A stretch of DNA of 64,000 nt, taken from contig OX597824.1 of assembly GCA_951406725.2 (NCBI GenBank), forward strand, positions 93,000,001-93,064,000, written 5' to 3'. The translations under genes and the position numbers were made by a program. Numbering within the stretch: position 1 is the stretch's first letter; every line of letters begins with the position of its first letter. Below the pieces are notes generated by a model that saw only the letters and a list, made by a program, of their open reading frames with translations, searched no databases and had not been told where the DNA came from. The DNA comes from Octopus vulgaris. Lineage: Eukaryota. Shown here piece after piece: positions 55,992-64,000 of the stretch.

Positions 55992-56599
55992 TGTATGTAT
56001 GTATGTATGTATGTATATACTGTCTGATTCGGTTATTGTCTCATTTTAGTTGGAGTGTTCAGGAAGCTTTTGGTAAGGAGATTGCCTAGAAACTCTGCTT
56101 GTCAAAAGTTTCGACCTTGTCAAACTTGTCATCTCCATCATATGAGACAAAAATGTGTGCTTTCAGGAAGTTTTCTAGGAAGGTAATGGAGATATGTATG
56201 TGACGATGCATTGATACACAACACTTTATATATGCATGGGCATGTATATATACATTAATATACATACATACATACATACATATATAAATGTATTCATATA
56301 GACATACAGGCATACATACATATATATTCATAAACACACTAACACACAAAGCACACATATATATATATGTGCATACAGAGTTGATTTTTATGTTCGGTTA
56401 TAAGAAAAAACACTTTTAAATTAATGTGATGGGTTACTGTATACTTTTATAGTCATAAGCAAGATCATTATTGACAGTAACTTCGAAGTTTCGACAAGCT
56501 AACCCATCGTCGTTTTATATATATACATATATAGGGAGAGATACAGGCAGACAGAGAAAGTGAGAGAGAGTTAGAGAAAGAGAGAGAGAGAAGATATAT

Positions 56600-56690
<91 letters not shown>

Positions 56691-56692
<2 letters not shown>

Positions 56693-57635
56693 GGCATGGT
56701 AGTCCAAGCAATACTTCAGTGAGATCTGTTTGCTACTGTCCACTGGACAGAAAAAACAATATGCTTCTAAATAAATATAAGTTTGATTTGATCCTCTTTG
56801 GTAAAGAGGAAACTCTGAAATTACCGTAAGCTCTTCTCTCGGGTGACTCCCTAGTGTCATCCAACCACACCAGAGACATTGGAGTAATTGTTGATAACAA
56901 TCTAAGCTGGAGGTCCCACGTAAAAAGGAAGGTTGACTTGACCCCCAAGATGTGCTCCTGAATTCTGAGAACTTTCCGGCTTAGAGATGCCTATACCATT
57001 ATCCGTCTCTACTCTACTTTTTCCGGACACCACCTTGAATACAGTTGCCCACTGTGGTTCGCCGCCTCATACGAAGCAACTCCTTATGAGACTAAAACCA
57101 CCCCAGAGGTCAATAACTAGATAGATAGACTAGACGGCATGAGAGGTATTGATTATTGGGGTCGACTAAAAAAAACTCGATCTCTACTCTCTCCAACACC
57201 GCCGGGAGCGCTACATCATTTGTGTTATGTGGGAAATATTCTATCAATATTGCACGAATGGTGTTGGCATCACTTTCTAAATCCATCCAAGACTTGGCCA
57301 CGGTGCTATCCGCCCACTACAAAAAGCGAATTCGGTACACATAGCAACATTACCTCAAAATTACTTTACCTCAACCGGTCCAGTTCTCTTTAATACCATA
57401 CCAAAATACGTCAAAACGGAAACGGAAACGGATCCCATAAAATTCAAATGTTCACAGGACAAATTTCTTAAAAAAATCCTGGAGTAATTTCCTACGACCG
57501 GATATGTCTCCAACTGTAGTAACTATTTGCTAGAGTGGGCTACGCTGACCCATATATGATTAAAAGACTTCACCAGGTGGCGCTATTAAGTTAGACATAG
57601 CCTGGGCCTATACTGGCCGAAACATATCAAAGTTA
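56691..57635 (+). pseudogene. Degraded 3' fragment of a second CR1-group LINE
   Basis: Broken frames give WTEKNNMLLN, RDIGVIVDNNLSWRSHV, ILRTF, LEYSCPLW, DYWGRLKK, LYSLQHRRERY, colinear with the ORF2 C-terminus of the 26.7-kb LINE; similar 3' stem-loop. Confidence 0.9.
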
Positions 57636-57663
57636 TATATATATATACATAAATATATATGAG

Positions 57664-57745
<82 letters not shown>

Positions 57746-57747
<2 letters not shown>

Positions 57748-58022
57748 GGAGTAAACACATAAATGTGAAACAAGGTGGGAAAAAGAGTACTCAAATACCA
57801 GTGGTAGAGTAATATGCTTTATTTAAAGCAGCAGAAAATTCAACAAAACCCGTTACTCTGAGTTTCACGTTGCCGTTTATCGGACAGTTTTTACTAGAAT
57901 AGAACCGATATGTCTGGATAGAATTGACATATCGGTTCTATTCTAGCAAAAACTGTCCGATGAACGGCAACGGGAAACTCAGAGTAACAGGTTTTGTTGA
58001 ATTTTCTGCTGCTTTAAATAAA

Positions 58023-58023
<1 letters not shown>
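57746..58023. mobile_element. PLE-type terminus in fold-back arrangement within (TA)n
   Basis: 98-bp inverted arms 57817-57914 and 57926-58023, 11-nt spacer, each arm carrying the hammerhead-like motif. Confidence 0.8.
57953..57990 (+). ncRNA. Hammerhead-like motif with U4C core (CCGATGA)
   Basis: CTGT-CCGATGA-ACG gcaa CGG-GAAA-CTCAGAG-TA-ACAG; inverted sister copy at ~57850-57887; related copy at ~5014-5051. Confidence 0.7.
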
Positions 58024-58080
<57 letters not shown>

Positions 58081-58516
58081 ATAGTATATATGTTGTTGTA
58101 AGGATATTTATAAGGTTTCGAGAGAGAGCGCCGAATAACTCTTATTTGGAATTGGTACTTGAAATACATTAGGGACTAGAGGAGATCCGAGCTATATCTC
58201 CGTGTGCGGACTTCGGCTTCTATTGCCCGTGGGGGATTTTTTACCACATCATTTGTATGCTAGTATTTGAAATATTTGTGGCTCCATCTATACTTCCAGA
58301 AACAATCCTGAAAAAACCTTTGATCATGATGATAAGCAAAGAAAAAAAATTATAAACTCTGACCAGTTTTTTTCCCGTAAAGGAAAATACCACCTCTCTT
58401 TTATTTCTTATAAACTCTCTTCCCCTCTCTCTCTCTTATTCCAAAAGCAACTGTAAGCGGCAGCTCCAACAGTAGCCATCATAATTTCGCACGTGTGATA
58501 TATGTGTATGTATGTG

Positions 58517-58559
<43 letters not shown>

Positions 58560-60183
58560 GTATTTGCACATGTATATATACTCACGTGTGTGGCTGTGTC
58601 TATATTTACATGTACCGCTCCTCAACAATAACCGTTCCAATATATCATTCTGCACCCAGCTTGACATCAGATCTATATCGATTTGGAATGCCATTTTGGA
58701 TTCGAGATTGCCATGTTCAACAGTTGTCGTCTCCATGGTGATTTGTCTTTGGTTCTATGATAATATTTTCTATATCTTTGATGTTGTCCTGTATCAAGTT
58801 CCCGGATGCTATTTTATTTTTCTTTCTTCTTGGAAGTTTTTTTTTTGTGTGTGTGTGTATGTGTTTCTGTATGTTTCTTTGATCCCTTGTCGGTTTGCGT
58901 CAGTAAATTTATGACTCCTACATAAATGCACCAGAATGTTTTAAAATTATTATCTTTGAGGCCTTCACTTTAAACATTGTTGAACGGGCTTCAAGAGCCT
59001 TGTCGTGTTGTGCCATGTATCGTGTTCTTGTAATTAGTTACAGATGTTTTAGTAAATATTAGCCAGGATAGTGCGCGTGTTTATACTGTGTCTGCCAGCT
59101 AAAGTTATTTGAACTATACAAGTTTTCAACTTCGTATACCAGAAGAAAAAAAACAAAGATTGGCTGATCGCTACTCGACACATAAAAATAGTGCTTTCAT
59201 AGAACCCTTGTCCTTCGCATTAATAATTCGGCACTATGGCATCAGCTAGATGCCCCGAATGTTTCCAGGAGTCATCGTCCTAGGGCACAACATATTTCTC
59301 AGTCCTTACAATGATCATTGGCATTTATGTGAGATACAAGGTGAAGGGGGACCAGTTCTCATCCAAAGTGACTGGTCGATATCGTCTATAACTTAACACC
59401 GTCATCTCATGGTGTGTTACATGCCCCGCTCTCGCTTCTTCATCTCTGTTGATCTTGCATCTCCCGCACTTTCTATCGTTCTATCTTTCACGTACTTATG
59501 GACAGATTCTCCGTACCACTTCAGGTAAAACCCTTCGGTTCTCTCACGTAGTGTCTCTGCTCACTCGACGCCACGAACCAGATTTAGTTTCGCACGAGAC
59601 GTTCACCTTTTGGTCTCGCAAGTATATTATAACAACTTCTGCTTACTTCATATTATTTATCTGAGAAATTGCGCCATTTATGGTCCCGAGATCTACCATT
59701 CATTTTCAAATTGCTATTTCGGAGAGGGCTATGTGACTCGAATCCAATCAGCATCAAACATCATTACACTTCTCAGCTGGATTCCTTAGCGCCACCCACT
59801 GGGACTCTGTATAACATTTAGTTATTTGCTGCTTGTCTCGGCTCCAAGAATTAAACTTGCGAGTTTTTTCTGCTAATCGTATGTCTGTTATTTTTTTTCA
59901 TGGTGATGATGATGATGATGATATTGATGAAGGTGATGATGATGATATCTTTCTGGTGGACATGTTCGTATGTGTTCATAAATACAAAGCCACCTATGTC
60001 TATGCAGGTGTATATATATGTATATATACATATATATTTCATTTCATACGTATATATATATACACACGCACACACACACACACACACACGGAGCATGATC
60101 CTTCACCCCAGCTAATTTGTCTGCAAGTCTCAAAATTGCTGTTACCTCTGTGCACGAAGAGTTCACATGAATATGCGCGCTCA

Positions 60184-60237
<54 letters not shown>

Positions 60238-60831
60238 AACACACACAAATTCATAAATATATCTCCTTTCGTAGAAGCTGGGCATCTGGTACAATTTACC
60301 TGCCTCAGTTATTAGACGGCGGCCATCGCGGAGAAACAACATAAAGAAAATTTTAGTTGAACAGAATGACCCCTGTACATTTTACTAAGAGAGAGAGTTG
60401 GAATTTACAACAAAAAAAAAAAAGCAAAAGACGAAACGAGTTTGTAAACAACAAACAGATGTATTAGTTTAACGCTCGGGAATTGAGAAAGTCTATTACA
60501 TTTCGAGCCTACGCTCTTCCACAGAAACGAATACAGAAATAAGCGGAGATAGTATATATATATATATATTATAACAACAACAACAAAACAACAACATCAT
60601 CAACAACAACAACAACAACAATAATAATAATAATAATAATAATAATAGTAATGATAATAATAGGGGAAAATTCAATTTATAAATATTAAATCAAATTTCA
60701 CAAAATATAATATATATATATATATGTATATATACATACATAAATACATATATATATATACATATATATATCAATGTAATATCTATCTATATATGTGTGT
60801 GTGTATGTATATATATATATTGATGTGTGTG

Positions 60832-60889
<58 letters not shown>

Positions 60890-61003
60890 TATGCGTGTGT
60901 GTGTATATGTATGTATGTGCATTTGTATGCACGTGTGTGTTTGTGTGGGTGTGTTTGTTCGCCTGTTTGTCTCCCAACACAGCATGGCACTCGGTATTGG
61001 GGA

Positions 61004-61048
<45 letters not shown>

Positions 61049-61374
61049 TTTCAGTTTCCGTTTAACAAATCCACTCAGAGACCCTTTCTCAGAGCGAGAC
61101 TATATTAGGAGACACTCACTCAAGTTCCCACGCAGTGAGACTGAACGCCTACGCCTTTATATAGAGCATCCCTAGTGACTCTCTTTGCGTTCACAGAATA
61201 TTTTTAAAGTGAATTAAATTCTGTACACATTGCAGCCAAATGTTACCCAACGAAGCGTATCATCCTATGATGTTGAAAATTCAAAATTAACCTTTCAGTC
61301 TTTAACCAGTTCAGTTGTAGAAATACCCAAGATATTTAACGTTGTCTCCAAATCTTCAACGCTATGCCATTTAC

Positions 61375-61404
61375 ATCTCGAGCAACGCCGGGTAGGTCAG
61401 CTAG
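61375..61404 (+). mobile_element. Helitron 3' terminus
   Basis: CTCGAGCAACGCCGGG hairpin, CTAG, then T; resembles the 48546 end. Confidence 0.7.
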
Positions 61405-61574
61405 TAAGAGATAAATTCCTAATATTCCCCTATTAAATGCGTTTCCCATTTAGTTGTTTTTTCATAATATATCTCTCCTTCTCTCCTTTTCTCTCACTCT
61501 CTCCCCTAGCTCTCCCCTCGCTCTCTCTGCTTAATAAATATATGTATACAAACACACACACACATATATGTATA

Positions 61575-61615
<41 letters not shown>

Positions 61616-61627
61616 TATATATATATG

Positions 61628-61723
<96 letters not shown>

Positions 61724-62493
61724 GTACATATGTTATCTATGTTAGTGTGTTTGTGTAGCTGCGTGTAGATGCGTGTATGTATATATGCTTGTATGTATAT
61801 GCATTATGTATGTATATATGTATTGTATGTTCATAGTGTTGTATGTGTATGGTCTGGTTCGATATGAGGAATGCGTTGGTTGTACTTCAACGACAGATGT
61901 CTCGGAGCCTCACAGCAAGAATCTGATATTTTCAGGTCAGATCTGGTGAATCAAATAAACTCTATCTTTGACATTTATGACCGACGCCTTTGATTCCGAA
62001 CGATTCGCTGGAATTGGCAAGCAAAGGTGAATACATCGCTTAGTGTACGAACCGCATAGAGTGCTACCGGGCGGTTCTTAGTGCTTTGTGGTTTTTGTGC
62101 TTTGAAGTGAAACCACAAGCAAGGTCTTTGTCACCGGTACGAACTGTTAATAGGTTTCTTTATCTAAATTAATGTTTAATTGAACAAACATTGAAAAATC
62201 TACCGTGTGCAATTTTGTCTTTCACACGAGACTGTATATGGCGATATGTTTTGGAAAATATATGTTCTTGTATTATGGTAAACATGAGCGAAGATATACG
62301 TATGTATGTCATTGTTCAGTTTTATTTCAAGCATTCTTGCCAGTAGAGACGGAGCCGGTTTCTAACCCAGATCCAAGGCTCCTTCATTGGAATTTCAAAA
62401 TTAACAGGATGTTTTCTTGTTTATATGTATGCATGTATTTATGTATGCGTGTATGTATGTATGTATGTATGTATGTATGTATGTATGTATGTG

Positions 62494-62790
62494 TGGAGGC
62501 GCAATGTTCCAGTGGTTAGGGCGGCGGACTCGCGGTCGGAGGATCGCGGTTTCGATTCCCAGACCGGGCGTTATGTGTGTTTATTGAGCGAAAACACCTA
62601 CAAGCTCCACAACGCTCCGACAGTACCCCTGTTGTACTCTTCACTCACTTTCTTTTCTTGTTTCTTGAGTAGCGCTGCGATGGACTGGCGTCCCGTCCAG
62701 CTGGGGGAACACATACGCTACAGAAACCGGGAAAACGGGCCCCATGAGCCTAGCTAGGCTTGAAAAGGGTGACGTTTATCGTTTTTATCG
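62494..62790 (+). mobile_element. SINE family C with a third tail variant
   Basis: Same head; tail CTGCGATGGACTGGCGTCCCGTCCAG...GAAACCGGGAAA. Confidence 0.88.
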
Positions 62791-62924
62791 TATGTATGTA
62801 TGTATGCATGTATTTATGTATGTACAGATTTATATGCCTTGCTTTATGAATGTATTCTCATTCATATAGTTTTATATCTAAACATGCACATATATATATG
62901 TATATGATAAACTTATTTTGTCGT

Positions 62925-63095
62925 TTTACAGATTTTTACAGTTCTAGTGATGGATTGAATCTGTAGTCTTCGAATTCGCTTTCTCCTTTCTGGTTTTGAG
63001 AAGCCTAATTTCTCAAGTGCGATATTTAGGCAGTGCATTATGAACCCCACGGCCCCAATAATTAGAGCTATAAACCTGAATATTTAACCTGGATA
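62925..63095 (-). pseudogene. C-terminal fragment of an R4/Dong-like RLE non-LTR element
   Basis: IIGAVGFIMHCLNIALEKLGFSKPERRKRIRRLQIQSITRTVKICK resembles R4-clade C-termini. Confidence 0.65.
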
Positions 63096-63836
63096 TGTAA
63101 GTATATATACACGTACCTGTGTATGTAGGCATTTATCAATTAAACTTTCTGCCTCTATCTCTTGCTTAGTCTCTGTCTCTCTCTCTCTCTAGCTATCTAT
63201 ATATCTACCTATCTACCTATCCACCTATTTATCTCTGTGTCTATCTATTTATCTGTCTTATATATATTACGGAAACGGCGCGCTAAACAGTGATACGTAA
63301 TATTGTAATGTTGAGACACGTTCGAGCAGGTGAACAAGCTACTCACGGAAAATGTATCCCGTTCGTTGACAAATGGTGTTAGGAGTAGTTATCTCCTCCT
63401 CGGTCACGGACACCAGGCTGGTAGCGCTGAGAGCTGATTGAATAGATTAAATCACCTGAGCGTCTCCAGTTGCCATACGGCGACTGGCAACGCTGTAGTT
63501 TCCTTACGCTGAGCCGCTGCACAGCGCTGGTGGCAGTCACTGTATAGCAAAAGGAAAGGAATAAGACAATTAGTCTCTTCAATCAGTTCACTGCTCCATC
63601 TGCTTGATAACCCTGAGCAAAGAGGAGATAAATATTGGATAATGCTTCCACCTCACGGCCTGGGTAAACGGCACTGCGAGCTTATCTAGGTGCATAGACA
63701 CGATTTGTCAACACATAGGATATATTTTCCGAAACAAAACGCAATGAGCTGCGTTTTCGCCGGTTTGAGACCTCGTGTGTACCGTTGACGATTTTTTTCC
63801 TCTGTCTTCCTTTCTCTGGATCTTTCCTTCTCCTAT

Positions 63837-63871
63837 GTTTCCGACGAAGAGCTCCGCTCGAATCGTTAAAC
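63837..63871 (+). ncRNA. Degenerate hammerhead-like motif with U4C core in a probable PLE terminus (~63740-63962)
   Basis: GTTT-CCGACGA-A-GAGC tcc GCTC-GAAT-CGT-TA-AAC. Confidence 0.55.
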
Positions 63872-63957
63872 CCTCCTTGTTTCCTGAGCGTCCAATAATA
63901 CTATATTTTTTCCACGTCCTCGCGTTGTTGTGCTTTTTTGTGCTTTCTTGTTTGGAT

Positions 63958-64000
<43 letters not shown>

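Overview
Eukaryotic, AT-rich, microsatellite-saturated DNA with no convincing host gene. The SINE set and (TA)n/(GATA)n/(AAT)n density point to an octopus genome (inference). Almost all supplied ORFs are microsatellite artefacts. Real content: (1) a near-intact CR1/L2-group LINE (26635-30376, minus) with a CCCH ORF1 remnant and an uninterrupted APE+RT ORF2; (2) relics of CR1, RTE, Hero-like and R4-like LINEs, Penelope-like elements (PLEs, GIY-YIG), Helitrons, and Merlin-, Tc1/mariner- and hAT-like MITEs; (3) three tRNA-headed SINE families (called A, B, C here). Leading observations: SINE B forms one-head/many-body concatemers with the same junction at four loci (9-mer at 14221-15919), suggesting self-targeted insertion or a circular RNA intermediate; several minimal hammerhead ribozymes with palindromic stem III, including long-stem-II and U4C variants and one behind a tRNA-like Pol III head; fold-back PLE ends; a 3' stem-loop shared by SINE A and the LINE; and a likely ORF1/ORF2 slippery site. 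Everything was read by eye, with no database searches, so boundaries are approximate.
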